Origin: Candidatus Omnitrophota bacterium | GTDB lineage: Bacteria > Omnitrophota > Gorgyraeia > VGKH01 | DNA: 64,000 bases | NCBI GenBank assembly: GCA_022703055.1 | Contig: JAKLEP010000001.1 | Span: 410,850-474,849 of the forward strand | Reading direction: 5' to 3' | In this document: one piece after another, positions 23,755 through 34,221 of the stretch | How positions within the stretch are numbered: position 1 is the stretch's first letter | Layout: the number at the start of each line of letters is the position of its first letter | Made by a program: the position numbers and the translations under genes | The notes under the pieces: model-generated | The model's input: the letters and a program-made list of their open reading frames with translations, nothing else | Databases searched by the model: none | What the model was told of the DNA's origin: nothing

Positions 23755-25017
23755 ATGAAGAATATCGTAATAGTTGGAAATTCGCCGGAGGCAGTTCATT
23801 TTATTGAAGCTCTCCGGGAATCCGACAAAGAGAGCCGGATTGTGCTTTTATCCGAGGAGAATCATCTATCCTACAGGATTGATTTACTGCCTGATTTTAT
23901 TGAGGGCGCACTTTCCAAAGACAAAATTAGCTACCGCGGCGCGGAATTCTTCCAGCAAAATAACGTTGAAATTCAACTGGGAAAAACCATTTCCCGGATT
24001 AATTTTAATAAAAATCGCATCTCTGTTGAAGCTCCCCAGGACGAATCAGCTCCCAAAACAGAAGAAGCCAAGCCGAATAAAGTACAGCTGGATTATGACG
24101 CGCTTTTATTGGCAAACAGCGCTGGCGTAGAATTTCCCGCGATAGAAGGGGTAAAAAAAGAAGGAGTTTTCGGCTTAAGGACATTGGAGGAAGCAGAAAA
24201 AATCCTGAATTTTATTTCTTTGGCCGATACCGCTTGCGTTATCGGCGGCGGAACCATCGCTTTAAAACTCAGCCTCGCATTAAAAAATAAGAAATTAGAG
24301 GTGAAACTCATTACGCAGCAGGAATATATTCTCTCTAAGCTTTTAGACAGAGAAGCTTCCGAATTCTTCCAGAATAAAATTAAAGAGGCGGGGATTGAGT
24401 TAATCAATTCAAAATCGGTATCTGAGGTAATCGGAAACGGAGATGTCAAGGCAGTGCGCCTTGATTCGGGGAAGGTTATCGCCTGCCAGCTGGTTATTTT
24501 CACCGACGGAGTATCGCCGAATATCCAGTCGGTAAAGGATAGCGAAATAAAACTAAAAAAAGGCATTTTGGTGGATAATACGCTTAAGACGTCGCTTTCG
24601 AATGTATATGCCGCAGGCAGTATCTGTCAGCTGGAAGATGAGGATTTGAACCGGTTAGACATCAACCAGCTATACTCAAGGTCTGTTGCGCAGGGAAAAA
24701 TCGCCGGCAAGAATATTGCAGGCGAAAATATCCAGTACCAACAGGCCGTTTCAATGAATTCGCTGGAGTTTTTAGGTTTGTCGGCTGTATCGATAGGCGA
24801 TTTGCATCAGAAAACGAACCAGGAAATTTTGGTAAGGGTTCTGCCGGATAACAAAGGCTACAAAAAATTGGTTATTGAAGGAAATAATTTAGCTGGCGCA
24901 ATTCTTGTCGGCGATACAAAACAGGCCGGGGATTTATTCATCCTTATAGAACAGAAAAAAGATATCAGTAGTTTTAAAGATAAATTACTTAATGATGATT
25001 TTAGCCCAACAACTTAA
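23755..25017 (+). CDS. FAD/NAD(P)-dependent pyridine nucleotide-disulfide oxidoreductase family protein
   Basis: Start moved to ATG 23755 (AGGAGC RBS). The 23671 start in the track overlaps metF. Second Rossmann motif is CVIGGGTIALKLS. First motif is atypical (IVIVGNSPEAV). Confidence 0.75.
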   Translation: MKNIVIVGNSPEAVHFIEALRESDKESRIVLLSEENHLSYRIDLLPDFIEGALSKDKISYRGAEFFQQNNVEIQLGKTISRINFNKNRISVEAPQDESAPKTEEAKPNKVQLDYDALLLANSAGVEFPAIEGVKKEGVFGLRTLEEAEKILNFISLADTACVIGGGTIALKLSLALKNKKLEVKLITQQEYILSKLLDREASEFFQNKIKEAGIELINSKSVSEVIGNGDVKAVRLDSGKVIACQLVIFTDGVSPNIQSVKDSEIKLKKGILVDNTLKTSLSNVYAAGSICQLEDEDLNRLDINQLYSRSVAQGKIAGKNIAGENIQYQQAVSMNSLEFLGLSAVSIGDLHQKTNQEILVRVLPDNKGYKKLVIEGNNLAGAILVGDTKQAGDLFILIEQKKDISSFKDKLLNDDFSPTT

Positions 25018-25031
25018 AGAAAGGATTTCTA

Positions 25032-27200
25032 ATGTCTGAAGTAGTTGTGAGTCTTGCGATGAGCGGAGCGGGAAAAGTCGTAGGTCTGACTGAAGAGAAA
25101 CTGAACGCAGCCATAAAAGATAAGACAGAATCTTGCAAAATAGGTTTCCCGGAGACAGCTTTTTATCTTCCTATGGCCAATGCGCTCTTGGCGAAAGAGG
25201 CGAAGACCTTAAAAGACGCCAAAGATATTTTGGCTCACGCAAAATCATTAATTGATGTAAAAGGCACGCCTGGATTAGTAAATGCCACCGATGCCGGAAT
25301 CGCCACCTTACTTTGCGCGGAGATTCTTATGGTTTTGAGGTATTTATATAATGAGGAGCCTCAAGCCGATTGCAACGGTTTTTTCACGGATAATATTTTA
25401 CGTTCACTGGGAATACAGCTTGTCGATGGAAGAATGCCGGGTTTTGCCGCGATAATCGGCGCAGCTCCGGATAATAAGACTGCAGTGGATATTGTCCGTC
25501 AGTTCCAGGAAAGAAACATCGTAGTTTTTGCCGGTGGCTCAAGTAATGGCAGATCCATTATTGATCAGCTCAAAGAAGAAAAAGTCCAGATGGGCTGGGA
25601 TAATTACATCGTTCCTTATGGAAGAGATATCGCATCGGCGATTTATCCCCTACATTGGGCAATCAGAGGGGCTTTGACTTTTGGCGGTATAAAGCCGGGT
25701 CAAGCGGATAAATGCCTGCAGTATTGCAAAGAGCGCGTTTTGGCATTCGGTTTGGCTCTGGGCGCGATTGATGATATCAAAGTTGCCGCGGCAGCCGGGG
25801 CAATCAGAATGGGTTTTCCGATTATTGCCGATACTGACGTTCCTGAGATACCCGCAACGCCTTTTACCACTTATGAGGCGTTGGTAAAAGAGAAGGATTA
25901 TAAAAAAATAGTTTCAAGGTGCGTTGAGGTCAGGGGCATCAAAGTAAAAGTTTCCCATGTGCCTATCCCCGTCATGTACGGCGCAGCCTTTGAAGGGGAA
26001 AGGGTAAGAAAAGAAAATCTTTTTGTAGAGTTCGGCGGCAAAGTATCCACGGCCATAGAATATCTGCACAGCAAAAAATTAGATGAGGTTGAGGATAAGA
26101 AGATTGAAGTTATCGGCCCGGACCTTGATATCGTAAAAACTTTGCCAAAAAAGAATATGCCTCTAGGTATAGAGGTTATGGTGGCAGGAAGAAAATTCAA
26201 CAAAGACTTTGAGCCGATACTGGAAAGACAAATTCACCGCTACATTAACTGGGCTATGGGGCTTATGCATATCGGACAGCGAGATATGATCTGGATAAGA
26301 ATTAACAAAGAAGCTGCGGAAAAAGGTTTTAAATTGCAGCACATCGGTATAATTTTGCACGCTATGATCCACCAGGATTACAGCGCCATCGTGGATAAAG
26401 TCCAAGTGAAGATTTACACCAAAGAAGAAGACGTGGAGAAGTTATCCAAGCAGGCGCAAAAAGTATTCGCGGAGCGCGATGAACGTTTAAGCGGTATGAC
26501 CGATGAGAGCGTTGATGCATTTTACAGCTGTACGCTGTGTCAGTCTTTTGCCCCGAATCATGTCTGTGTCATTACGCCGGAAAGGCTCGGGCTTTGCGGA
26601 GCATATTCCTGGCTTGACGGCAGGGCAAGTTACGAAATCACGCCTACTGGTCCGAACCAGCCTATTAAAAAAGGTTCGATTCAAGACGACAAATTAGGCA
26701 AATGGAAAAACGTTGATAACTTCGTTTTTGATAAATCAAATAAGAGCGTTCAGTCGGTGAGTATGTATTCTTTGATGGTTGATCCACAGACTTCCTGTGG
26801 CTGTTTTGAATGTATCCTAGCGGTTATCCCGGAAGCAAATGGTGTCATGATTGTCAACCGCGATTTCTCCGGGATTACTCCCTGCGGGATGACTTTCACC
26901 ACATTAGCGGGTTCGGTCGGAGGAGGAGTTCAGACTCCGGGATTTTTAGGTGTTGGGAAATTATATGTTGTCAGCAAGAAGTTTATCTCAGCAGAAGGGG
27001 GCTTGAAGCGTTTGGTCTGGATGCCCAAGGAATTAAAAGAGCTTTTAGGGGATAAATTGAAGAAGCGCTGCCAGGAAATAGGAGACCCTGATTTCATCAA
27101 TAAAATTGCCGATGAAACCAATGCCACTACGATTGAAGAGCTTGTTCCGTTTCTTGAGAAGGTGAAACATCCGGCGTTAACCATACCTCCCATTCTTTAG
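25032..27200 (+). CDS. acsB: CO-methylating acetyl-CoA synthase (ACS, A-cluster subunit)
   Basis: A-cluster ligands C-x2-C-x8-C-x9-C (SCTLCQSFAPNHVCVITPERLGLCG) and the Cys-Gly-Cys motif (SCGCFECI). 722 aa bacterial-type length. Confidence 0.9.
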   Translation: MSEVVVSLAMSGAGKVVGLTEEKLNAAIKDKTESCKIGFPETAFYLPMANALLAKEAKTLKDAKDILAHAKSLIDVKGTPGLVNATDAGIATLLCAEILMVLRYLYNEEPQADCNGFFTDNILRSLGIQLVDGRMPGFAAIIGAAPDNKTAVDIVRQFQERNIVVFAGGSSNGRSIIDQLKEEKVQMGWDNYIVPYGRDIASAIYPLHWAIRGALTFGGIKPGQADKCLQYCKERVLAFGLALGAIDDIKVAAAAGAIRMGFPIIADTDVPEIPATPFTTYEALVKEKDYKKIVSRCVEVRGIKVKVSHVPIPVMYGAAFEGERVRKENLFVEFGGKVSTAIEYLHSKKLDEVEDKKIEVIGPDLDIVKTLPKKNMPLGIEVMVAGRKFNKDFEPILERQIHRYINWAMGLMHIGQRDMIWIRINKEAAEKGFKLQHIGIILHAMIHQDYSAIVDKVQVKIYTKEEDVEKLSKQAQKVFAERDERLSGMTDESVDAFYSCTLCQSFAPNHVCVITPERLGLCGAYSWLDGRASYEITPTGPNQPIKKGSIQDDKLGKWKNVDNFVFDKSNKSVQSVSMYSLMVDPQTSCGCFECILAVIPEANGVMIVNRDFSGITPCGMTFTTLAGSVGGGVQTPGFLGVGKLYVVSKKFISAEGGLKRLVWMPKELKELLGDKLKKRCQEIGDPDFINKIADETNATTIEELVPFLEKVKHPALTIPPIL

Positions 27201-27294
27201 GGGGAGGCTTGCAACTGTAATAAAATCAAAAAGATATAAAAAAGTTCTTGACCAAATGGCTAATATTTATTATTCTAAATACAGACAGCAAAAT

Positions 27295-28116
27295 ATGAAA
27301 ATAAGAAAGTTAAGCATCATCTTCTGTGCTGTTCTCTTCATTGTGGCATATCAATCTCCATGTTTTTCCGTTGATTTTAAAGATCAGGCAGAAAAATATC
27401 GTGATAAAGGATTAGCTGCCCAAAAACGTGGTGATATACAGGGAGCTATCTCTTTTTACGAAAAGGCTGTAAGCCTGAATTCTAATTTGGTGGCAGCTTA
27501 TAATGATTTAGGTGTCGCTTACGAATATTTAGGCCAGCTAAAGCTGGCGGAGGAGAATTACCTCAAGGCAATACAGCTAGATAAGTATTATTTAGGCGCA
27601 TATACAAATTTAGCCAGCCTTTATCAGAATATGGGCCGATTAGAAGAGGCTGCATTGTTTTGGAAGAAGAGGGTTGATTTTGGCAAACCCGAGGACCCAT
27701 GGACCATAAAGGCAGAAGAAAACTTGGATAAGCTTTTGTCGGGCTCTAAGGATTTTGAAACCGTGATTAAAGAAGACGAGATAAAGAATTTTAATTCAGA
27801 AGTAGCCAGCCGAAAAAGAGAACAGTTCAGAGAAAATTTGGCCAAGGTAAAGGAACATTTTGAGCGCGGAAAAAAGCTTTTCAAGGAGAAATTATACTCC
27901 GACGCAAAAACCGAATTCCAACAGGCTTTAAAACTTAACCCCAATGACCTTGAGATTCTTGATTATTACAAGAGGGCTAAAGAACAAGAGACTAGTCAGC
28001 AAGTCAAAGACCGTGCCCAGCGAGGGGTCAGCTATTACGAAGTCGGCGATACGGACCAGGCTCGAAAAGAATTCGAGCGCATACTCTCCGTTATTCCAGA
28101 TAAAACTAACCAATAA
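27295..28116 (+). CDS. Secreted TPR-repeat protein
   Basis: Start moved to MKIRKLSIIFCAVLF (signal peptide), downstream of a TTGACC-17-TATTCT promoter that lies inside the longer track ORF. Several TPR-like repeats follow. Confidence 0.7.
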   Translation: MKIRKLSIIFCAVLFIVAYQSPCFSVDFKDQAEKYRDKGLAAQKRGDIQGAISFYEKAVSLNSNLVAAYNDLGVAYEYLGQLKLAEENYLKAIQLDKYYLGAYTNLASLYQNMGRLEEAALFWKKRVDFGKPEDPWTIKAEENLDKLLSGSKDFETVIKEDEIKNFNSEVASRKREQFRENLAKVKEHFERGKKLFKEKLYSDAKTEFQQALKLNPNDLEILDYYKRAKEQETSQQVKDRAQRGVSYYEVGDTDQARKEFERILSVIPDKTNQ

Positions 28117-28155
28117 AATTTAGCATGATTTAATTTTAATCTTTTTATCCCGTCG

Positions 28156-30723
28156 ATGAACAAACCTAAATTGTTCTTAATTGATGCCAATTCATTTTGT
28201 TATCGTGCATACTATGCCATACGGAATTTATCGACTTCTTATGGCCAGCCGACGAATGCTATATACGGATTCACTAATATGCTGAAAAAAATCCTTCAAA
28301 AAGAGAATCCAGAATATATAGGTATTTGTTTTGACGTGGGCAGAAAGACTTTTAGGCAGGAAAAATTCACCGAATACAAGATTCACCGGCCTCCCATGCC
28401 CGATGATTTGAAAAGCCAGATGTCGTTTATAAAAGAGATAATCTCGGCATATAATATCCCGATTTTTGAAATGGAAGGATTTGAGGCCGATGATGTGATC
28501 GCCACCTTAGCCAGGAAACTGGCGAAAAAGAAATTCGACATCTTTATCGTCAGCCAGGATAAAGACATATTGCAATTAGTCGATGAAAACATCAAGGTTT
28601 ATAGTCCCGCCAAAGAGGGCGTATTGATATATGACGAGGGAAACGTCAGAGAAAGGTTTAAACTCGGCCCCAAGAGCATCGCCGACCTTATCGGCCTTAT
28701 GGGCGATTCAACCGACAATATCCCCGGCGTCAAGGGGGTTGGCGAGACAACGGCGGTTAAACTTTTGGAAGAGTTCGATAATCTAGATAACTTATTTGAT
28801 AATCTCGATAAAGTAAAGTCGGATAAATTAAAAGAGCTTTTATTGGAACATAAAAACGAAGCGATAATGAGCAAGGAACTGGCAAAACTGGATAGAGAGG
28901 TGCCGCTAGATTTGGATATCGAGAAGCTTAAGCTAAGAGAACCCGACTATCCGAAATTGTTTGAATTATTCAAGAAGTTTGAATTCAACAGCTTCTTAAA
29001 AGATTTGCCTCAAGTAGAAGCCAAAAAAGAGCCGGCGAAACTAGTATTGCTCATCGATAAAGATAAAATTAATGCTTTAGTCGAAAATTTTGCCAAAGAG
29101 AACTCAGAGATTGCCTTAGCGATAGTTTCCAGAGATTCTTCAATTAACGCGGTTTTTTCCGGGGAAAAGAAAGTGGTTTACATCGTCGAATCGCAAAACT
29201 TGAAGCTTTTAGCTCCGATTTTGGAGGATAAAAAGATAAAAAAGATAGTCTATGATTTTAAAGCCACATTGATTATGCTTCAGGATTTTGGTCTTACCTT
29301 AGATAATAATATCTTTGATTTAATGCTGGCAGCTTATATCATCGACCCGTCAAAAACAAGTTATGCCGTGGATGATTTATCTTGGGAATATTTGAAAGAA
29401 GCGCCGGCAAAACTGGGCGAGGATTATCCGGTCAATGTTAGATTGTTTTGCGAACTTGCTCCGATTTTAGAAAAGATATTGAAGGAAAGGTCTCAGCTGG
29501 ATTTATTCTATAAAGTTGAGATTCCGCTAGCTAGAATCCTGGCAATAATGCAGACCAACGGCGTAAAAATCGATACTGATGTCCTGGATAAAATATCGCA
29601 ACACTTGAATTCAAGGCTGGATAAATTGATCGCCGAAATTTACCAGGACGCCGGAGAAGAATTTAATATCAATTCTCCCAAGCAATTAGCAGTGGTTTTG
29701 TTTGAGAAATTGAAACTTCCTCCGGTAAAAAGGACCAAGACAGGGTTCTCCACCGACGAAGAAGTCTTGAGGAAATTGAGTTCAAAACACCGCATTGCAA
29801 AGAATATTCTGGAATACCGCCAGCTGACAAAATTAAAAACCGGCTATGTCGATACCCTGCCCGAGCTTATTAATCCTAATACCGGCAGGGTGCATACGTC
29901 GTTTAATCAGACCATAACCGAGACGGGGAGACTTAGCTCAAGTGCGCCAAACTTGCAGAATATTCCGATAAGGACCGATATCGGCAGGCAAATCAGGAAG
30001 GCTTTTATCCCGGGCGAAGATGGATATCTGCTTATGTCGGCGGATTACTCGCAGATAGAGCTAAGAATTCTGGCACATCTATCTAAAGATAAAAGCCTCA
30101 TAGATGCTTTTAAGGCAGACAAAGATATCCATAGGCTTACCGCCTCTTTAATTTTTGATATAAAGCAGCAAGATGTTACCGACGATATGCGCGATACGGC
30201 AAAGAGAATCAACTTTGGAATCATCTACGGTATGAGTAGCTTTGGCCTGGCAAAAGATCTGGAAATTTCCCAGGAAGAAGCTCAAGCCTTCATCGATGCG
30301 TATTTCTTAAGATATCCCAAGGTCAAAGATTATATGCAGAGCCAGATAAAATTAGCCCAAAAAGAAGGCTTTGTTAAAACCTTGTTAGACAGAAGGCGAT
30401 ATTTGCCGCAGATTAATAATCAGAATATTGCCATTAGACAACTTGCCGAACGCCAGGCGATAAATACTCCGGTGCAGGGTTCGGCGGCAGATTTAATCAA
30501 GCTTGCCATGATCGACGTGCAGAAGGAAATTGAAAATAAGAAATTAGCATCCAAGATTCTGATGCAGGTGCACGATGAATTGGTTTTTGAATTTCCCAGG
30601 CAAGAAAAGGAATCATTAAAAAGAATAGTAAAGCATATTATGGAAAATGCCCTTGAGTTATTGGTCCCGATCAAGGTCGATATTAAGGTAGGTAAAAACT
30701 GGCTAGAAATGGAGGAGGAATGA
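28156..30723 (+). CDS. polA: DNA polymerase I
   Basis: 5' nuclease N-terminus. Polymerase motifs DYSQIELRILAH and QVHDELVFE. The central 3'-5' exo region lacks recognisable DxE/YxxxD motifs. Confidence 0.95.
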   Translation: MNKPKLFLIDANSFCYRAYYAIRNLSTSYGQPTNAIYGFTNMLKKILQKENPEYIGICFDVGRKTFRQEKFTEYKIHRPPMPDDLKSQMSFIKEIISAYNIPIFEMEGFEADDVIATLARKLAKKKFDIFIVSQDKDILQLVDENIKVYSPAKEGVLIYDEGNVRERFKLGPKSIADLIGLMGDSTDNIPGVKGVGETTAVKLLEEFDNLDNLFDNLDKVKSDKLKELLLEHKNEAIMSKELAKLDREVPLDLDIEKLKLREPDYPKLFELFKKFEFNSFLKDLPQVEAKKEPAKLVLLIDKDKINALVENFAKENSEIALAIVSRDSSINAVFSGEKKVVYIVESQNLKLLAPILEDKKIKKIVYDFKATLIMLQDFGLTLDNNIFDLMLAAYIIDPSKTSYAVDDLSWEYLKEAPAKLGEDYPVNVRLFCELAPILEKILKERSQLDLFYKVEIPLARILAIMQTNGVKIDTDVLDKISQHLNSRLDKLIAEIYQDAGEEFNINSPKQLAVVLFEKLKLPPVKRTKTGFSTDEEVLRKLSSKHRIAKNILEYRQLTKLKTGYVDTLPELINPNTGRVHTSFNQTITETGRLSSSAPNLQNIPIRTDIGRQIRKAFIPGEDGYLLMSADYSQIELRILAHLSKDKSLIDAFKADKDIHRLTASLIFDIKQQDVTDDMRDTAKRINFGIIYGMSSFGLAKDLEISQEEAQAFIDAYFLRYPKVKDYMQSQIKLAQKEGFVKTLLDRRRYLPQINNQNIAIRQLAERQAINTPVQGSAADLIKLAMIDVQKEIENKKLASKILMQVHDELVFEFPRQEKESLKRIVKHIMENALELLVPIKVDIKVGKNWLEMEEE

Positions 30724-32120
30724 AAGTATTATTGTGTTCTTCGGAGGTGGTCCCGTTTGCGAAAACCGGTGGCCTGGCAGATGTTGCCGGGGCGCTGCCT
30801 TTGGCATTGGAAAAAGAAGGCGTAGAAGTTAATATCTGTATGCCTAAGTATGGCTCAATCAAAGAGCAGGATTATAATATCAAAAAGTTGGATGATACTG
30901 TTTATCACTGCAAAATCGGCAAGAAAATAAACGTATATTTTATCGCAAACGACAATTACTTCAATCGCCTTGGGCTTTACGGAGAGAAAACCGGCGACTA
31001 TCCCGATAATTTAGATAGATTTATGTTTTATGCTAAAGAAACTTTGAATCTACTAAAAAAGATAAATTTCAAGCCAGATGTTATTCATTGCAATGACTGG
31101 CAGACTTCGCTTATACCAGTATATTTGAAGACGCAATATTCCAAAGATCCGTTTTACAAAAAGATTAAGACACTTTTGACGGTTCATAATTTGGCTTATC
31201 AGGGATTATTCAGTAAAGATCAGTATCCTAAACTGGGTTTGGACTGGAGCCTGTTTAACATCGACGGGCTGGAATTCTATGACAAGATTAATGTATTAAA
31301 AGGTGGGATCGTTTATAGCGATTTGGTCAGCACGGTAAGCCAAGCCTATGCCAAAGAGATCCAGACCAAGGAATTCGGTTGCGGCCTTGAGGGGATGCTT
31401 CTAAAAAGAAAGAAGTTCCTTTCCGGAATAATTAACGGATTGGATTACGAACTATGGGATCCGGCGCTGGATAAGCTGGTTTATAAAAAATTCTCACCTA
31501 AGAACCTCGAAGATAAATATATCAATAAACTGAGGCTCCAAGGAGAATGCGGATTAGCGCAAAATAGAAACGCGCTGCTTTTGGGCTTTGTGGGAAGATT
31601 GGCCGAGCAGAAAGGTATCGATATTATTTCGAACAATCTCGATCAAATGTTTAAATCCAACATCCAGATGGTGATATTGGGTACAGGAGACCAGAAATAC
31701 CATGAGATATTGGATGGCCTTTCCAAGAAATATCCGGGTAAATTTACTCTGTATTTAAAATTTGACAACACTATCGCCCATAAGATTTATGCTGGCTGCG
31801 ACGTATTCCTTATGCCTTCACGCTATGAACCTTGCGGTTTGGGCCAGATGATTAGTTTTAAATACGCAACTGTTCCTTTGGCTTTTAAGACCGGAGGCTT
31901 GGCAGACACAATCGTCGATTTAGAAAAAAATAAAACCAAGGGAAATGGTTTGCTTTTTGAGAAGTATGAGGCCAAAGAATTCATGAAGAAATTCAATAAA
32001 GCCGTATCTTTGTATAAAGATAAAGGTGCTTGGCAGAAAATCTTAAAGAGAATAGTTAAGCTTGATTTCTCCTGGGAAGAATCTGCTAAAAAATATATTG
32101 CGCTTTACAAAAAATGTTAG
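30720..32120 (+). CDS. glgA: Glycogen/starch synthase
   Basis: N-terminal SEVVPFAKTGGLADV motif. GT5-like length. Confidence 0.9.
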   Translation: MKVLLCSSEVVPFAKTGGLADVAGALPLALEKEGVEVNICMPKYGSIKEQDYNIKKLDDTVYHCKIGKKINVYFIANDNYFNRLGLYGEKTGDYPDNLDRFMFYAKETLNLLKKINFKPDVIHCNDWQTSLIPVYLKTQYSKDPFYKKIKTLLTVHNLAYQGLFSKDQYPKLGLDWSLFNIDGLEFYDKINVLKGGIVYSDLVSTVSQAYAKEIQTKEFGCGLEGMLLKRKKFLSGIINGLDYELWDPALDKLVYKKFSPKNLEDKYINKLRLQGECGLAQNRNALLLGFVGRLAEQKGIDIISNNLDQMFKSNIQMVILGTGDQKYHEILDGLSKKYPGKFTLYLKFDNTIAHKIYAGCDVFLMPSRYEPCGLGQMISFKYATVPLAFKTGGLADTIVDLEKNKTKGNGLLFEKYEAKEFMKKFNKAVSLYKDKGAWQKILKRIVKLDFSWEESAKKYIALYKKC

Positions 32121-32710
32121 TTATTGGAATAACTGGTAGTTTCGGAACTGGAAAAAGCACGGTGGCAATGATCTTCGCATCTTTAGGTGCGAAGATAATC
32201 GACGCCGATAAGATCGTCCACGGGATTCTTGCCTCGGAAAATAAAGCCTCGCGGAAGATAATTGCAGTTTTCGGTAAAGGTATATTGAATAGTTCCGGAA
32301 GGATTTGTCGAAGAAAGCTAGGCAGGGCAGTTTTTCAGGATAAGAAACGACTGCTTAGGCTTTGCGATATCATCCATCCGGAAGTTATAAAGAAAATTAA
32401 AGCCGAGATTAAAACTTTTGACAATCGCAGCAAAAAAACTATTATTGCCCTGGAGGCGCCTTTGTTGATAGAGGCTGGGCTTTTGGGATTGGTGGATAAA
32501 TTAGTTGTCGTTGTGGCAACCAAAAACAATCAATTTAAACGAATTCATAAGAAAATGAGTTTGACTAGCAGTGAAATTAAAAGGAGGATAGAGGCGCAGC
32601 TGCCATTAAAGAAAAAGGTAAAACTGGCAGATTATGTAATCGATAATAATAAAACAATTGCTTTTACTCGCAAACAAGTAAAAGATATCTACAAACATAT
32701 TCTCAAATAA
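32114..32710 (+). CDS. coaE: Dephospho-CoA kinase
   Basis: [13 protein letters not shown]-loop. About 200 aa. Confidence 0.9.
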   Translation: MLVIGITGSFGTGKSTVAMIFASLGAKIIDADKIVHGILASENKASRKIIAVFGKGILNSSGRICRRKLGRAVFQDKKRLLRLCDIIHPEVIKKIKAEIKTFDNRSKKTIIALEAPLLIEAGLLGLVDKLVVVVATKNNQFKRIHKKMSLTSSEIKRRIEAQLPLKKKVKLADYVIDNNKTIAFTRKQVKDIYKHILK

Positions 32711-32720
32711 GGAGGAAGCA

Positions 32721-33992
32721 GTGGTTGAGAAAGCAGTAGAACAGGTTGATATTGTAAAAATGAAAGAGATGAAGATAACCGAACTCAATAAGATCGCTAA
32801 AGACTTAAACGTCAACGGCGTAAGCGGCCTTAAGAAGCAGGATCTTATTTTTAAGATCTTGCAAGCCAAGGCGGAAAAAGAAGGTCTTATGTTCGGCGAA
32901 GGAATCCTCGAGATTTTGCCCGAAGGATTCGGTTTTTTGCGCTCTCCGAACTATAACTATCTGCCCTGCCCGGATGATATTTACATATCGCCGTCGCAGA
33001 TTAGGAAATTCAACCTTCAGACCGGGGATACGGTAAGCGGCCAGATCCGTCCGCCTAAAGAAGGAGAAAAATATTTCGCCCTTCTAAAGGTTGAGGCGGT
33101 AAACTTTGAGAACCCCGAGACCGCAAAGGATAAAGTCCTTTTTGATAATTTGACGCCAATTTATCCGCACGAGCGTTTCATACTGGAGAGGGAACCGGAA
33201 GAGACATCGATGCGCATAATGGACATGCTTACTCCTGTCGGAAAAGGGCAGCGTGGCTTGATTGTTGCCCCACCCTACAGCGGCAAGACCGTTATTCTGC
33301 AAAAGCTGGCAAATTCTATTACCAAAAACCATCCGGATGCAACTTTGATTATTTTGTTGATTGATGAGAGGCCCGAGGAAGTCACCGACATGCAGCGCAA
33401 TGTCAAAGCTGAAGTTATCTCATCGACTTTCGATGAACCAGCAGAGCGTCACGTTCAGGTTGCAGAAATAGTATTAGAAAAAGCAAAAAGACTTGTAGAG
33501 CATAAGAAGGATGTGATAGTATTGTTGGACAGTATTACCCGGTTAGCCCGAGCTTACAATACGGTCGTACCGCATAGCGGAAAGATTCTCTCCGGCGGCG
33601 TTGATTCAAACGCGCTTCATAAACCCAAGAGATTCTTTGGTGCGGCGCGCGCCATTGAAGAGGGCGGGAGTTTAACTATCATCGCAACGGCCTTGGTTGA
33701 TACCGGCAGCCGTATGGACGATGTCATCTTTGAAGAGTTTAAAGGTACCGGCAATATGGAAATTACCCTGGATAGGACGCTTTTCCAGAGAAGGATCTAT
33801 CCGGCGATTGATATCAAGCGTTCCAATACACGGCATGAAGAGATGCTTATTGAAGAAGAGAAGCTGCGCAAAATCTGGATTTTGCGAAAAGTTCTAAACG
33901 AATTGAATACTGTTGAAGCTATGGAGCTTCTGATTGACAGATTATCCAAAACAAAATCAAATGACGAGTTCTTAAAAAACATGAATAAGTAA
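32721..33992 (+). CDS. rho: Transcription termination factor Rho
   Basis: GTG start. N-terminal RNA-binding region, Walker [22 protein letters not shown]. Confidence 0.95.
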   Translation: MVEKAVEQVDIVKMKEMKITELNKIAKDLNVNGVSGLKKQDLIFKILQAKAEKEGLMFGEGILEILPEGFGFLRSPNYNYLPCPDDIYISPSQIRKFNLQTGDTVSGQIRPPKEGEKYFALLKVEAVNFENPETAKDKVLFDNLTPIYPHERFILEREPEETSMRIMDMLTPVGKGQRGLIVAPPYSGKTVILQKLANSITKNHPDATLIILLIDERPEEVTDMQRNVKAEVISSTFDEPAERHVQVAEIVLEKAKRLVEHKKDVIVLLDSITRLARAYNTVVPHSGKILSGGVDSNALHKPKRFFGAARAIEEGGSLTIIATALVDTGSRMDDVIFEEFKGTGNMEITLDRTLFQRRIYPAIDIKRSNTRHEEMLIEEEKLRKIWILRKVLNELNTVEAMELLIDRLSKTKSNDEFLKNMNK

Positions 33993-34008
33993 GGAGGGTT
34001 TACTAAAG

Positions 34009-34209
34009 ATGAAAGACAAGATTCATCCGGCTTACAAAGAAACGACAATCACCTGCGCATGCGGAGAGGTAATACATACCCGCTCGACAAAACAGAATGT
34101 CCGCGTGGAAATCTGCTCCAAGTGCCATCCATTTTTTACCGGACAGCAAAGGTTGGTTGATACCGCAGGCAGAGTAGAAAGATTCAAAAAACGCTACGGC
34201 GCAAAATAA
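34009..34209 (+). CDS. rpmE: 50S ribosomal protein L31 (Cys-containing form)
   Basis: [10 protein letters not shown]-terminus. CxC ... CxxC cysteines. Confidence 0.95.
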   Translation: MKDKIHPAYKETTITCACGEVIHTRSTKQNVRVEICSKCHPFFTGQQRLVDTAGRVERFKKRYGAK

Positions 34210-34221
34210 ATTCTTTTCAAT

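Noticed and set aside
26503-27055. Alternative-frame + strand ORFs inside acsB (26503-26697, 26810-27055), with similar cases at 14902-15180, 23774-24130, 33697-33897, 34751-34951 and 55201-55455
   Set aside because: They are embedded out of frame in strongly supported genes. They have no RBS and no recognisable similarity.
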